64,000 nt of DNA from Lama guanicoe. Its lineage: Eukaryota. Where the stretch lies: contig MU054049.1 of NCBI GenBank assembly GCA_013239625.1, forward strand, positions 1,253,015 to 1,317,014, written 5' to 3'. The notes under the pieces were generated by a model that searched no databases, was not told where the DNA came from, and saw nothing but the letters and a program-made list of their open reading frames with translations. This document shows, in pieces, positions 12,601 through 27,373 of this stretch. Numbering within the stretch: the first letter of the stretch is position 1; every line of letters begins with the position of its first letter. Made by a program: the position numbers and the translations under genes.

Positions 12601-14529
12601 AACACATAAATACATTCGTCTTTTAAAGGCTGAAATTCCAGAGCTTAGATGTCATGCCTCATCTTACTTCCCTTGTAACTGATTTCTGAATAGAAATGTT
12701 CTCATCACTAGGGCTCCCTCTTTCTGGCTCAGCTGCCTCCCTTCCCCTTGGGTTGCCTTTGAATTCTCCTTTCCTTCTGAGCTCCCTTCTGCCCCAGATA
12801 GCGCTTCTGAGAAGAGCTTGACAAAGTCTGAATCACTGTCCTATCTCTTTTCTCTTCCTAAAGAACTTCCATCCCTTTTCATGGGGAATTTAGGAAGTCT
12901 GTGACTCTGCTGCATCTTGAAAATGGTGATATGCTATCATTCCCCTGATGGACATCCATTCTAAAATGATCCCATGGCTTCCAAGTTGCACTGGGACCAG
13001 TAGAGAGAATGCATCTAACACAAGGCCACGTAAAGCACCACGGTAACCACACACACAGAGATGACGGCAAATCCATCTCCATCCCGTTTAACACTCTTCC
13101 GAGCCCCAGATCTTTCTAACTAGCTCCCTTCTGAAGGTTTCTATCACAAACTGAGCTTCCTCAAAAGGCTCATTGGCGTCCCAGCGAATCTCATCCTTTG
13201 GTGTTTCACTGTCTTCAGATGGCACCGACATTTACCAACCACTCGGGTTTAAAACGAACAAACAAACTTGGAAGTCATTTTGGACAACTTCCTCTCTTAC
13301 CACCTTCGTCAAACACTAGCCAAGATCTGACATTTCCATCTCCGAAATCTCTCTGAACGCATCACATCCTGCCTCCAGCTCTTTAACTCCTTGTCACCAG
13401 TGAAGCTGCCTCACCCATTCTTGACCCTGTTCACCAAAGTGATCTTTCACCAAGGCCAACCTGATTTGCTTAAAAGTCCTCAAGAGTTCCCAGCAGTCTT
13501 CAGGTAGAAAAAATATTCAAGTTCCATCATTTTGGCTCCCAAACCCTACTTGACCTAACTGCCCTATGGCAGAGAACACCAGGGCACTCTTGTCAGGGGC
13601 TGGTTTCTTCGTATCTGGTCAAGATCCAGTCTCCTCTCACCTCCTTGACTCCTCTTCTTCGATCCTCCCCCATTTTTCTGGCATTCTCAGGCTCCCCCTC
13701 TCTTCTGAGTCATTCCCACCGGCACAGAAACTTGCTCTCTCCCCATCTTTGCCTATTTGTCATTTCCTTCTGTCCAGCTAAGCCATCACTGCTTTTCTTT
13801 TTAGACAAACTTGCCAGCGGAGTTGTCTAATACTTGTGTCCAGTGGTTTTTCTCATGTCCACTACTGCTCCATGCCCGTCTGGCCTCTGACCCCCTCAGC
13901 CCCTGACACTGCTCTTATCACAGCCACCAGCAACCTCCATATGCCAAAGGAAAGGAAGAATATTTTATCTTCAGCTCACTCCCACATTTAACACTGTTCA
14001 CCCCTCCTAGAAGCCATCTTAGTTAGTTGTGTTGACTTTGACAAAAGCTCCCAGTCTCCCTAATTCTGTCCTTCAAGCCTCTGGGAGCCTCAGCCTCTTT
14101 GGAAAGTTTTCCCTCCTCATCAACCAGCGTGAGTTTGGGGGCCCTCCACTGGGCTCCCCAACCCTCCTTTAGGTGATTCCTCCCTTTGCTTTGCAATTGC
14201 CTGTTCTATCTGCCTCTCACTGCAAGGTTGGGGTCCACATTTCATCAGCCTGCTTAGCACCCATTGAGCCACCGTGTGTTTTCTTGAGTGAATGAAGTCC
14301 CCTAAGAGGGTGAAGACATATCTTGTAGCAGCATTTTAAAACCCAGAGTTGACATATCTGAACTCATAGGTCAAAAAACTTAGCCAGCCACCATCGCTAC
14401 CTCTGGGCACCTGCCATCTCGGATGCCTGTGCCAGTGTGTAACCTACAGAGATGTCAATTTCCTATGGGTCCAGCCCAATAACGTGATTCATTCAATTAG
14501 CCATTGCCTTAAACATTGAGTTATTTAAG

Positions 14530-14535
14530 TTTAAT
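14530..14535 (-). terminator. Candidate FAM170B polyadenylation signal ATTAAA
   Basis: tttaat on the plus strand, about 410 nt past the stop codon, in an AT-rich patch. Confidence 0.45.
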
Positions 14536-14941
14536 CACATTAAAATAAGACATCAAACTAGGGCATATGACGGGTTTCTAACAATGAAAAAAAAAATAGG
14601 GCTGAAGCTTCACTAGCAGTTGGCTCTCCCGGGAGTTGTAACCTACTGAAACCACCAGCAAAAATAGAAATCCCTGTGGCTACAGTCTTGTGGGCTTCAG
14701 ATCTTGCACCTGCTGTCAGACTTGAGTCTGGCTTTGAAATGGACTCTGGTTGAAATGCTGTGCCCTTTGGGATGGCGTCTTACCTGTCCCTTCTCACAGC
14801 CCTCCCAGGTCTGCATGCCACTCGCATCCTTTCCCAGCCCTCAGCCTCTCTCCCTGCCCTGATGGCTTTGGTCCTGCTGGCTGTGAAAGGAGCCACTGCG
14901 GTGCCGGAGGTGAGGGCAGGGCGGGGCGCACCACCCACAGC

Positions 14942-15772
<831 letters not shown>

Positions 15773-15929
15773 CTAAAAGGGTTCAGCCTCCGGGGAAAGG
15801 TACTGTCACCTCCCTGTGCCTGTTTCCCCATAAAGTGGGGGATAACATACATTTCTCTTGGGGTGATGATAGGAATCAAATATATAAACAGATGTATCTG
15901 TAAGTTTTGGATGTGATGATGAGGTTCAA

Positions 15930-16375
15930 CTAATGTACGAATATAATATCCAAGCCCTTCACCAAACCTTTGATTCAACTGGTGAATACAGATTATGGGA
16001 CGTCCATACAGTGCAATTCTCTTCGCTGATAGCAGGGAATGAACTGCTGTTACGTATAAAACATGGATGAATCTATAGTCCATTCCACTAAACAGAAGAA
16101 GTCAGGGTACAGAAGCCATAGAATACCTGATTCCATTTAGATAATCTCTAGAAAGGGCAAAACTACAGGTAGAGAGAACAGATGAGGGGTTACCAGGAGC
16201 TAAGGAGGGGGGATCTGACTGCAGAGGGTCACAAGGGACTTTCGGAAGGTGATGAAAATATTCTGCATCATGATCGTGGTGATGGTTACACAAATGTCAA
16301 AATTTTTCAAACTGCACACTTAAAATTGGTGACGTTTGTGTAAGTAAATCACAGCTCGATAAAGCCCATTTAGAA
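15930..16375 (+). mobile_element. Old L1 (L1MB/MC-like) 3' UTR in the FAM170B intron
   Basis: catggatgaatct...gattccatttagataa...gtggtgatggttacaca...cacttaaaattggtga. Confidence 0.7.
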
Positions 16376-16884
16376 AACCAGGCATGGGAAGTGCTTTGGC
16401 TGGGCCATCCAGCCCCGCCTTCCCCTGGCATTTGTGACGGGTCTTGCCTAACCCCAATGGCATCTCACCCTTTCCTCGAACACGCACTTGATCCCACCGC
16501 TATATACGTGCTAAAGGCTTGCCATATTTTAACTTCTTAATATTAAAAAAAAAAACTAAGAAATTGGATTGTTATTAATTTTTCCAAATTAGGAAACTGA
16601 GGCACAGAGCTTTGAAATGACTGATGTAGCAGAGCTGGTGCTGGGCCCTTGGCCCCGAGGGCCGGTGTGACCCTTAGGCTCTGCCCGTGGTCACTTCATA
16701 GTGGTCTTCAAACTGATGATCTAGACTGACTGTAGTCCATTTATTATCAGAGCTTTTTACATCACTGCTGAAATCACAGAACACATCACAAAGCGCATTA
16801 AAATATGCAATGACTGACATTTTATATTTTCATCCTTGCACCTCCTGGAATCACCTCATGTACTCACAACAGCGGCCTCAGTCA

Positions 16885-17157
<273 letters not shown>

Positions 17158-17259
17158 TCAGACTCCAGCTGTGGGGTGAGAGTTGGCAGGGGCGGGGCTG
17201 AAGCCCCCATCCCGAGTGGCTGCTCGGCGCCCGTGGTCACCAGGCCCCTGGCTATTCTA

Positions 17260-17267
17260 TGATGTCA
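17260..17267 (-). promoter_or_regulatory. CRE-like element (TGACATCA) in the FAM170B proximal promoter
   Basis: One mismatch to TGACGTCA, about 127 bp upstream of the ATG. Confidence 0.4.
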
Positions 17268-17403
17268 TCAGTGACATTGGTCTGTTCTGTGACCCATGCC
17301 GAGTTCAGAGACCCCTCCGGGATGCCAGGAGAGGCTTCCCACCACGATCTCATTGCCCCTCTGGACCTCTCCTGACTTGTGTATTGTCAGGGACTCAAAC
17401 AAA

Positions 17404-17648
17404 GCACAGACACACACAGGTAAACACTTGTACACACACAGATTCACAAACACTTCAACACACCTAAATGGACACTCAGACACGTATGAACACATGTATA
17501 TACACACCCGCACACAAACACCATCACTCAGGCACATGTACACTCAAATACACATAAACACACATCTAAACACACAGATGCCTGCACACACACACACACA
17601 CTCACACACATACAAATTCAGACCACATTCGCTTAACCACACACACGC
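17404..17648. repeat. Degenerate (CA)n-rich tract upstream of FAM170B
   Basis: Seen directly. Confidence 0.85.
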
Positions 17649-18599
17649 TCATGTACGTATTGTCATCACCCAACATCCAGGTGGGCCTACCTTGAACTGT
17701 GGAAGCAGCAGGTGACCAGAAATCTCACCTCCTCCCCGCTGCTCCGAAGTCCCCACCCTGCCCCACTAGTTCCCTTGGCCCTCCCTTCCTGAGTCCCGCG
17801 ACGCCCCCCCATGTCTCCCCCTTCTCTGCTCACTCTCCTTCTGCTTGGGACTTTGCATTCGCCCCCTCCTTCTGCCAGGAGCGCCTTCCCCCAGGGCCCC
17901 ACGTGGCTCTCTCTGTCACTGTAGCCTCTGCTGAGACAGAACTTATCCTCAGGAAAACCACACTCCTCACCCTCCATCTCTCTCACCCACCCTGCTTGAC
18001 TTTTCACAAGCGCATCTATGCCCCTCAGACTCCGTCGTGTGTGGTGTATATGCATAATGGCTCTCCTCATCAATTTCCTCCTTAAAGGTCAGAGAGAGAC
18101 ATCATCCATTTCCCCCATTACGTCACTAGCACCTAGACTACACTGACACATTAACAAGCATGCTAGAGATAATTGTCAAATTATTGAATGAATAAATGAT
18201 AAATACTCTGGACAGTATTTGGATGGGTTGACGAGATCATGCCTACCAAGGCAAGCTGCCTTCTCTCTGCACCTCAGATCTCTGCAGCCCTGAGGCAGGC
18301 TGGTTCTCACCCCACGACTCAGCGTCCCCTCCTGTTTCTCCACCTGCACAAATTGCGTTCCACACAATCACTCGGGCATGCCTTCCTACCTGTTGTCTCT
18401 CTCTGCTTCAGGATGTCCTAGGAATTGAATGCACATCCTCCAAAACACTTCTCCCCGTACCCCCAGACCCCTGCTCATCTCACCTACTCATTTCCTCTGG
18501 ATCCTGCATTCTAAACAGCTCCAAAAGATGATGGATTGCAATAATCCCAATATCCTGAAAATAATGCCGACACTGCCTGTATATTTTTTACCTAGTAAG

Positions 18600-19620
18600 T
18601 CCAGAGACTTGTCTTATGAAAACAAAGGATACCAGCACAAAAATGTAAATAGATCAATGGAAGACAAAGTTTGTCCAAGAGAAGATCACATCATGTATTT
18701 GAATTTTTAAGAGAGAAAATAAATAACAAAAGTCTGGGAGAGAAAAAAAGACTCAGTCAATAAATGATGCTGAAAACTTTTGTTCACTATTTTTAAAACT
18801 CAATTTTTTTCTCACTGCGTATAAAACAACTAAGAATATTTCCATGTGGTTCTGGGGTTGCATTTTAATTTTAAATGTTTAGGAAGGAAATATAAGTTAA
18901 CGTTTGTAATTACAGGGTGGCTTTTCTAAACTTCAGTGAATCAATCATCACAAGCATTGAGAATCTTTGTCATCTTGTTTTAAATTTCATTGCTTGAAGA
19001 AAAAAAAAACCTCACTGTTTCAATCTGCGTATCTCTGCTTTTTAGTAAAAGTGAAAGGAATAGTTCAGTCAAGGAAATGAACAGGCAATTCCAGGGAAAA
19101 GAAGGACAGATGGCTGATAAACATGTGAGAAGATGTTCAACCTAGCTGTAAGAAGGAAGCTACAAATTAAAAACACATGATATACGTATATTGTTTTCAC
19201 TCACAAGGCAAGCAAGAATTAAAAAGAATGACAGTTGCTGGTGAGAACAAGAGAAAATGAACATTTTTGTACTCTGCTGGTAACAGTGTGACTTGCCTTT
19301 CTCAAAGGAGCACTCATTACAGTTAAAAGTGTAAAAAAAAAAAAATCATGCTCTTTCCCTCAGCAGTTTACTTAACCTCTCTTTCCTGGGAAACGATCAC
19401 ATTTTGTGCTATGTGCATTTAAAATAGCAGGTAGAGAAATATTGACTACAGGGTTGTCCATAATATAAAAAAGGATATGTTTCAAAGATCCATCAAAGTA
19501 AAGACATGGCTAAATCTATTACAAAATAATTGCAAGCCATGGAATATTATACTGCAATAAAGAAATCTGCATGTACTAATAATTCATGTTTAGTGAAAAA
19601 AAGCAAAATGTAAGGGAATT
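18600..19620 (+). mobile_element. Highly decayed L1 fragments
   Basis: A-rich sequence with L1 phrases (caataaatgatgctg; aaacatgtgagaagatgttcaacct). Confidence 0.55.
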
Positions 19621-19784
19621 CTACTTAGAGATAAACTAAATATGCTACCCTCTTCCCTCCAAAGCCCTAAACCAAGCCTATCCTGCCAATGAGTGCAAAG
19701 ACACAGAAAAGGTAATCGCACCCCCGCTGGGAACAGTAGTGACCTCAGGGAAAGGGAGAAAGCTTAGTGGGGCTGTGAGAGAAT

Positions 19785-20310
19785 GTAGGTATTTTCCAAA
19801 CATGGCCACACCAATATATTCCCCATCCCATGTGCTCTTCTTAAAAAGCGAAGGTGACACTCTTCCATGGAGAGGCAGGGTCCCTCTTCCTGAACCAGAG
19901 TGGACTTTGTAACTACCTCCACCAGTAGAATGCAGAAGAGCGATGCTTCGAGACTTTCGATGCTAGATCATAAAAGACAATATGACTTCCCCTTGGTTCT
20001 CTCTCTGTCTCTCTCTCTCCGCTCTCCTTTGGACTCAGCCACCACGGTGTGAGGAAGCCCAGACCATATGAAAGTGTTCCAGCCAACGTCCCGACAAAGG
20101 TCCCAGCCAAACACCAGATGTGAGAGTGAACGAGCCTGCAGATGATTCTGGCTTCCAGCCTTTGAATCTTCGAGCTGGGGCGCCAGACATTTCAGGGCAG
20201 AGACAAATTCTGCCCTGCCTAAATTCCTGACCCTCAGAGAATGTAAGCAGGTGTAGTTTCACACCCTAAGTTTTGGGGCAATTTGTTACTCAGCCATAGT
20301 CATTTAACAG
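19785..20310 (+). mobile_element. MaLR LTR (MLT1-like)
   Basis: catggccac...aaattcctgaccc...aagttttggggcaatttgttactcagccatag. Confidence 0.72.
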
Positions 20311-23089
20311 ACTTTGATTTTCCATGCAGTGTTTAAGTATGTTCCGGTGAGACAGCTCATTTGACCAGCGTCTGGATTGCACTGCACCGTCCTGCTGCGG
20401 CTCCCACCACCCTCCATCCTTTTACTGACTTGTTCAGTCTCCGTATTCAGCACAGCAGCTGCAGGGTTGTTAACCCGTACCCCCTTGGGAAGCTACCGAC
20501 AAGAGTACCATGTTTCTGCACAGTTCCTTTTGTCTTTAGCCTTACAGTTCCTAGTCAGCAACACTATTTTCCAAAGTTACTTGGGGTCAGCTCCTTTATT
20601 GCCCCCGAATCTACACATATTCTTTCTAACCCTCTCAACCATCCTACCTGAGTGGCACCATTAACCATCCACTATAGAGGGAGGCAGGTTGAGACTCCAA
20701 GGGGTTAGCTGAGGTGCAGGTAGGAGACATGAAGTGGGGTGCTGATATGCCAAGCCCCAAGTCAGGGATGCTCTGTCAGGCTGCTGGGGGTTGTCCCCCA
20801 TGGGTTGCTTCCCAGGGGCGGCTTAGAGCAAAGCCCCACCAAAATATGCCACTGTCCCTCACCCTCATGTGGCCTCTGGGCTGTTTCCAGCCACAGAAAG
20901 ACCCTCTGTCCCAGCCACTCCTCCTGCTCCACAGGGATACTTAGCCTCGAGGCCACCCATACGGGGTTCCTGACCTCCCGGGAGAAGGCTGGGGAGGATG
21001 GTTACGGCCCAGGCTCACCCATTCCCCTGTGTCCCAGCCCCCGCAGTTTTCCAGCTGGGTCTCCAGCCTCGCCAAGAACTCCGAGGCCGGCAGGGATGGA
21101 GTGCAGAACCCCAAAAGGACTAACGCAGCACATTCTCGGAGCTCTGACTCCCGGCCAACTCATTTCACACATCACAGGCGAGCCTGAAACCTCACCAAAA
21201 TCCAAGCCTGGAGGATTTTCCAGTCTCAACTTCTCTTCCAAAACCTCCTCTTCCCAGCCCCTCCCCCACTCTTTTTTTTTTTTTTCTCAGCTGAGAAGAA
21301 GCGAACAGGAAACAAAGCAGCCACAGACCCAGCAGGAAGCAGACGCCACCTCCCGCTTCCTTTCCCTTCTAACTCCAGAGATCGGCTTGTGCCACAATCT
21401 AGGCTACAGGGAGAATCAGATCATTCCCCCCAGAGCTGATGAGCTTCCAGAAATAGCCTGTGCGCTTGGCCAAGGAGCCCGACGTGACCCGGTGTGGTGC
21501 ACGGGTTGTGGCATTTCTGTGGCTGAGCTGCTGTGTAAAGTGTTTTAAGTGGGCAATGTGCCTCTTTTCACCCTAGAGAATAGGGTGCCCTGAGAGGGTA
21601 CCAGCCCCCGCCAAAAACTCCCATGATCAGACTTAACACTGAGGGAGGCAGGGAAACACCGAGATGCCCCAGATGCTACGGGCCACGTAGAGGGCTGGCT
21701 CCAGGCTAGGGAGTCCATCCTTGTGAAAGCCAATTCCTGGGAACTAATGACCACCTTAACTTTGGGCTAACCCTCCAGAGAAAGTGCCAGAAGATAAGTT
21801 GAGTATCAGAGGAGAGAAGTATGATCTTTTGAGTTCATTTTCGGTTGCTTCTTGTCACTATTTAAAAAGAAGTGAGTCAGTGGACCATGGAAGGAAAAAA
21901 ACTCAGCCGCAGAGAAATGCAATCTAAAGTCTCCCCCAGCAAACGGGGATGGGAGCTTTGCTTTTGTTTTCCTTCAGACTTAATCACAGGCTGCTGCTTC
22001 CCGGTGGTTTGCTTGGAGCTGTCTTGGGGGTTTTGACCTTAACCTCAGGATGCCCACACAAACAGCCTAAGACTCCCCCATCATCAGGGAGCAGGGAGGG
22101 GGACACCCCTCAGGCAGGGCCCTCGGGCATGTCCCTGGCTGCGCTCCAGGCCCCAGAGCCCCAACTTGGCCCACAGCCCCCGTGCCTCCTGTCCAGCTCT
22201 GGCTCCGTGGGACTGCAAATGTTCGAGATTTTTGAATTCAGAAGTGTCTTTTTCCAACAGCTGTTTCCTTGGAAAAGTGATCTCAGCTGGGAGGAAGGAC
22301 ATCCCAGCTGAAGGCCACGCATGTGACCCAGGATCTCCAGGGTCCCAGCTGCTGGTCACTCCCTTCGAATGTTCTTAGAGAGCCATGCTGGGAGCTCTGG
22401 AAAAAGGGCTGGGTCTTTCTTCTCTCTACGTCCAAAATGTGCTGGCCATAGGCCACCTCAGATGCAGCTTTGAGGCCATCAGTTGCCAACTCATACTGAG
22501 TGAACCCTCTGGAAGCATGGCTCCAGCTTAGAGGGGAAGATCACAGGACCCCAAAGGCCAACAGTGAGTTAGCACTGTTTCCAAATGTGCTGTGCTTACT
22601 ACTCCCATGTGGCCTTCAGCTCACATCCAAGGCATTTGAAACACCCACTGGAAAGCAGCTCACAGATCACCAGAGCCGAACTGGAATGACTTCTTTTCAT
22701 GGCCACCATTGGAATGGCTATTGCAGACTCTTGGCTAAAGACTTGGCTTTTTCTTACCCCAGTCCTTCAGAGAAAGTGTCTCTTTTGTGAAATGGACAGT
22801 AGAGGCATCCTAGGGGAAGCCAGCCACTGTCCCTTCCCCAGCACACCGCCCAAAGCCTTGCAGCCAATCCCAGACCCTCCAGGAGTGAAGTGGGGGTAAA
22901 GGGGGGACTTCCGGAAAGGCTGGATCAGACTGTGCGAAATTCCCATTGGAAAGTTTCCAAGAAAAGAACCCAAGGCCGAGACTTAGGGGCCAGCACATGA
23001 GGCAGTCCCTTCAACCACACCAATCCGCTGCTGGCTGTGGCTGCACCCCTGAAGTGAGGGAGGGCAGTGCCAGCTCCCCCTCCATAGTG

Positions 23090-23091
<2 letters not shown>

Positions 23092-23131
<40 letters not shown>
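23092..23131. repeat. (GT)n microsatellite
   Basis: Seen directly; a shorter (GT)n lies at about 23322-23340. Confidence 0.95.
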
Positions 23132-23137
<6 letters not shown>

Positions 23138-23149
23138 TATACAAACCCT

Positions 23150-23785
23150 GTCTTCCTTTGTTAAAATGGATTCCTAGGCATTTTTTTTTCTTTTCAAGGC
23201 TATGTCAGTGACATTGCTTTATTGATGTCTTTTTTCAGATTGTTCATTACTGTTGTATAGAAATACAACTTTTTAAAATTCAGTTTTGTTGAATTTTGCT
23301 TATTAATGCTAATAGTTTTGGGTGTGTGTGTGTGTGTGTGGATTCTTTGGGGTTTTCTATGCATAAGATCATATCATCTGCAAATAGAGAGTTTTCCTTT
23401 TTCCTTTTCAATGTGGGTGCCTTTCCTAATTGCTCTAGCAAGAACTTCAGCACTCTGTTGAATTGCCCTGGTGAAAGCTGGCATCCTTGTCTTGTGCCTT
23501 ATCTTCAGGGAAAACTTTCAGTTTTTTCTCTTTGAGAATATTTCCGGCTTTTATATGTGGACTTTTTCGTGTTGAAGAAGTTCATTTCTAATCCTAGTTT
23601 ACTGAGTGCTTTTCTCATGGAAGGATGTTGATTTTTGTAGAATGTTTTTTCTACATCAATTGACATGATTATGTGGAGAGTTTTCCCTTCATTCTATTAG
23701 TGTGGCACATCCCATTGCTTGATTTTCAAATGTTGAACCAGCCTTGCATTCCCAGGATAAATTCCACTTGACTTTGCTCTGGTAG
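23150..23785 (-). mobile_element. L1 ORF2 fragment
   Basis: atcatatcatctgcaaatag; ggcatccttgtcttgtgcct; ttgaaccagccttgcattcccaggataaa. Confidence 0.8.
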
Positions 23786-24895
23786 GCAGGTCTGGTTCTA
23801 AAGGACCGTCTGCTCCATGTGATCAGTGTGTTCAGGGGGGACCTCAGGACCAATGAGGCGGAGTTCTGCCCACAGTGCACGGGGAATGGGCGGAAAGTAG
23901 CGGGAGCGATGCGCCTCCCACCCAACCACCTGTCACCTGGATCAGCCAGCATCCTGGGCTCTATGGATACCAGTTCTGGGGAGGAGAGAGAAACCTCGCT
24001 AGGACTGGTGAGAAGAAGGTCAACACTGATTCACTGCACAGAAGACAGACAGCTCCCCTCAGACACCAGCCCAAGTCTACCCTGACCATTAGAAATTCAA
24101 CAATATGGTAAAGATCAGACAGGAGAACACATGAATTATTTAAGCACTACAAGCATCTCCATCAAATTTAAATTTTGACTTACAGGTTTAAAATGATTCC
24201 CTAAAACTTGAAGATAACCTAGCCAATTTATTATTACTTTATTAGCTACAACACAAATAGGGTATTCACATGGCTCTGTTAACAGGCAGTGGTACATGAC
24301 AGTGAAATAGCACTATACAAGCCAAAAAGCAATTTCTTATATGACTTACCTGCCTTTGTGAAAGAAGTATGACTAGCTTGCGTTCGGATCACAAATTCAA
24401 GCCAGCTTATTGGGAAATGACAGGTCACGAACATCAGTAATACGATTAGGAGGCATCACATTGTAGAATTCACCATCCAACCCACAAGGAATTAAACTGA
24501 TCACAATAAAGCCCAGCAAAAGTGACTAATTGGCAAGAATAGCAGCAATTGAAAACGGATCTCTTAAGACCTCACTGAGAAGGTTCTGGAAACAACGCAT
24601 GCTTCCCCCATATTGCTGGGTTTCCTTCTGCACGAGTCGTGTGAAGGAGGAGCTTGACGGCTTTGCATAAGAGCCAAACATTCTAGCAGGACCCCGGATC
24701 TCAGTCCTCCCAAAGCCTAATGCTGGACTATTTTAACATAGAAATGCCAAACGTTTGGAACCCTAATAATTCAGATTGCCAGGGGGTAGCCCACAGCCGA
24801 ATGTGAAAAATGAAGTTGGCTAACCAGGCATTATTCCTCCATAAAGATGGAAAAATGACTTGCATTTTTAATGAGCTCACAGACAAGGAGCCTCC

Positions 24896-25239
24896 AGCGG
24901 TGTTCTGGGGCCCACCAGTACTGATTAACGGAAGCCAGTTGTTAAATCTTGCAAGGATGTTTTTTGCAAGCCAGTTGTGAAACACAATCATTGTCAAAAT
25001 TAAAATCATATAAACTTACATGTAAATAAGTTACACACAAAAGTAATAAATATTCCAAATTTATTCATTCTTAATTATTTTACTACATTGTATGCCATTT
25101 GGGCAGCTTATAAGACGGTTTAGAGGGAGTATCCACAACATGGTAATTGGCCAAGGCTAAAATCTAGGGCTTTCCAACATGCTGCCCCATCACCCCAGGC
25201 AGGGAGCAGGTTGCTAAACAGTTTACCATCTCACCACTG
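24896..25239. mobile_element. hAT-Tip100-like DNA transposon relic (Arthur1-like)
   Basis: Imperfect inverted termini cagcggtg...caccactg; internal gttgctaaacagtttacca. Confidence 0.5.
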
Positions 25240-25628
25240 GAAGCTCCTACATGCAGTTAGTGGAGCCCGCAGTTCTGGCTGTGAAGACCAGCCTTTTAAG
25301 TAAATTTTCCCCAGTAATTCTAACTTTCTGGAAGTTTTCACAATAGAGGCTCTATCTTAATTCTTCAAGGAAGTGCTCAGACCCCCCACCCTTGCCACCT
25401 CCACGTGGGTCACAGTGTAGAAAGGGCATTGACTCCCACGATCATTTTATGATCCTCACATCAACCTAGAAAGGTTGACCTAAGAGTATTCTTTCCCCGT
25501 AAACGGATGAAGAAACTGAGACCCGGAGCAGTGGGGGAAGTTTCCTGGGATCACACAGCCTGTGGGATGAGAATCTAGCTTTCTCAGTTAGGTTAGCTAG
25601 AGCAGGTGGACACATTTTATTTTATTTT

Positions 25629-25651
25629 GGGGGAGACGGGGGTAATTAGGT

Positions 25652-25700
<49 letters not shown>

Positions 25701-25783
25701 ATGGATGTACTGGGGATTGAATCCAGGACCTCGTGTGTGCTAAGCGCACACTCTACCACTGAGCTATATCCTCCCTTCATAAT
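25629..25783 (-). mobile_element. tRNA-derived SINE with expanded (TTTA)n and TSD
   Basis: Reverse complement of the same SINE family. TSD acattttattttatttt at 25612-25628 and 25784-25800. Confidence 0.9.
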
Positions 25784-26286
25784 ACATTTTATTTTATTTT
25801 TTAAATAATTAAATATACCCAGGTCCAAACTGATATACTCTGTTGGAAATGTAAATTGCGACAAAAGTTCTGGCAATATGTAGCAACAACTTTAAATCTG
25901 TGACACTTTTCAATCTCAGCAATCTCACTTCTAGGAATGTATCCTTCAGAGATTTAAGGGTATCCAAGATTTTGCTGGCCCATTTTCAACACAGTGCTAC
26001 TGACGCTCATGAGCTCAGACGCAACCAATGTCCCAGGCAAGGAGGTTACATTGATTGTGTCGCATTAGCCTCACCTGGGAATTGATTAGAGATGCAGGCT
26101 CTTGAGCTCTACCCCCAGTGCATCCAGTCATCTGGGTTTAAATAAGCCCTCTCTGTGACTGACTTGGATGCAGGCTAGAGTTTGAGAGCCACTGGGTCGA
26201 ATAAAATATGGGACAACTAAACAAAGGATTGCAATGCAGTTCATGAAGAACACCAAAAAAATATGTTCCCAGTACAGAAACATATA

Positions 26287-26500
26287 CAGTTGACCCTTGA
26301 ACAATGCGGTGGGGTGGGAGCTCCCATCCCCCACACAGTTGAAAACAGGAGTATAACTTATAATCCGTCAGCCCCCCATATCTGAGGTTCCCCATTCACG
26401 GAGTCAACCAGCTGTAATATTTACTATTGAAAAATATCTGCATATAGGTGGACCCACATAGTTCAAATTCGTGTTGTTCGTGTTGTTCAAAGGTCCACTG
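26287..26500. mobile_element. Tigger-family MITE (Tigger2a/MER28-like)
   Basis: Terminal inverted repeats CAGTTGACCCTTGAACA / TGTTCAAAGGTCCACTG flanked by a TA TSD. Confidence 0.85.
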
Positions 26501-26687
26501 TACCATACAATCCCATATAAATTCTGGAACAATACATACCAAAAAGTGAACAACATTTATCTTTGGAAAAGGGGTTCCACCATCCTTTCAGTGATCCTTA
26601 ATTTCTAATTTTTGGACTATAAACGTGTAAGAAAAGAAGCAATAAATTACTTCTGGTTTTATTTAAATACTAACGAAATTTTTAAAC

Positions 26688-26767
26688 ATATATATATATA
26701 TATACACATATATATATACACACATACATATATATATACATATATATGTGTATATATATATATATAT
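26688..26767. repeat. (TA)n/(CA)n compound microsatellite
   Basis: Seen directly. Confidence 0.9.
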
Positions 26768-27373
26768 CTCCAAGGCCCACAAGTAAGATTCTGCAAAACC
26801 CCATGCCTCCTGCCCCTCCATCCCCAAGATGCTTCAGATCAGGCCCCATGGGCACGTCCCTGCACCCAGGACCTCAGGACTGGTGTCAGTCTCTGGGTCA
26901 GAGGGCAGCATTGGGCTCAAAGGGTGCAGAAAATGAGGCTGGGATGAAGAGCAGAAACGTGGCCCTGTTTATGCAGGGTTAAAACAAACTGGCTAGAGAG
27001 AAGCCCGTGGGAAAGACATGACATTTGTTTGCAGGGAAACATAAACAAGGAGGGAGGAAAACAGAAAAGTGGCTCAGTGAGAGGCTGATCAAAGCCAGCT
27101 GGGCAAGCAGGCCCCGGGATGCTGCTGGGAAGAGGAGGGAGGCCTGGGGGCAGGCGGGAGCCGGGCTGGGCCGGGTGGGCCTGGGGGCCGGGCAGGGCAG
27201 CCTCTGTGGCCCTGGGGGCTGCTGGAGAGACTGAGTCTGAGGAACCTGAGCATGACTGGGCTTCAAGCACTTTGAGACCTGAATTAGCTGTTCTGGTTGC
27301 CTAATGGGCGGAAAGCCCATGCAAGATTCTGTCTTCTCGTCTCCAAGTTCATAAAACAGAAAAATGAGCATCC

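Noticed and set aside
20739..21548. 269-aa plus-strand ORF
   Set aside because: Non-ATG start, low-complexity Pro/Ser composition, runs through a poly-T tract, no recognisable domain.
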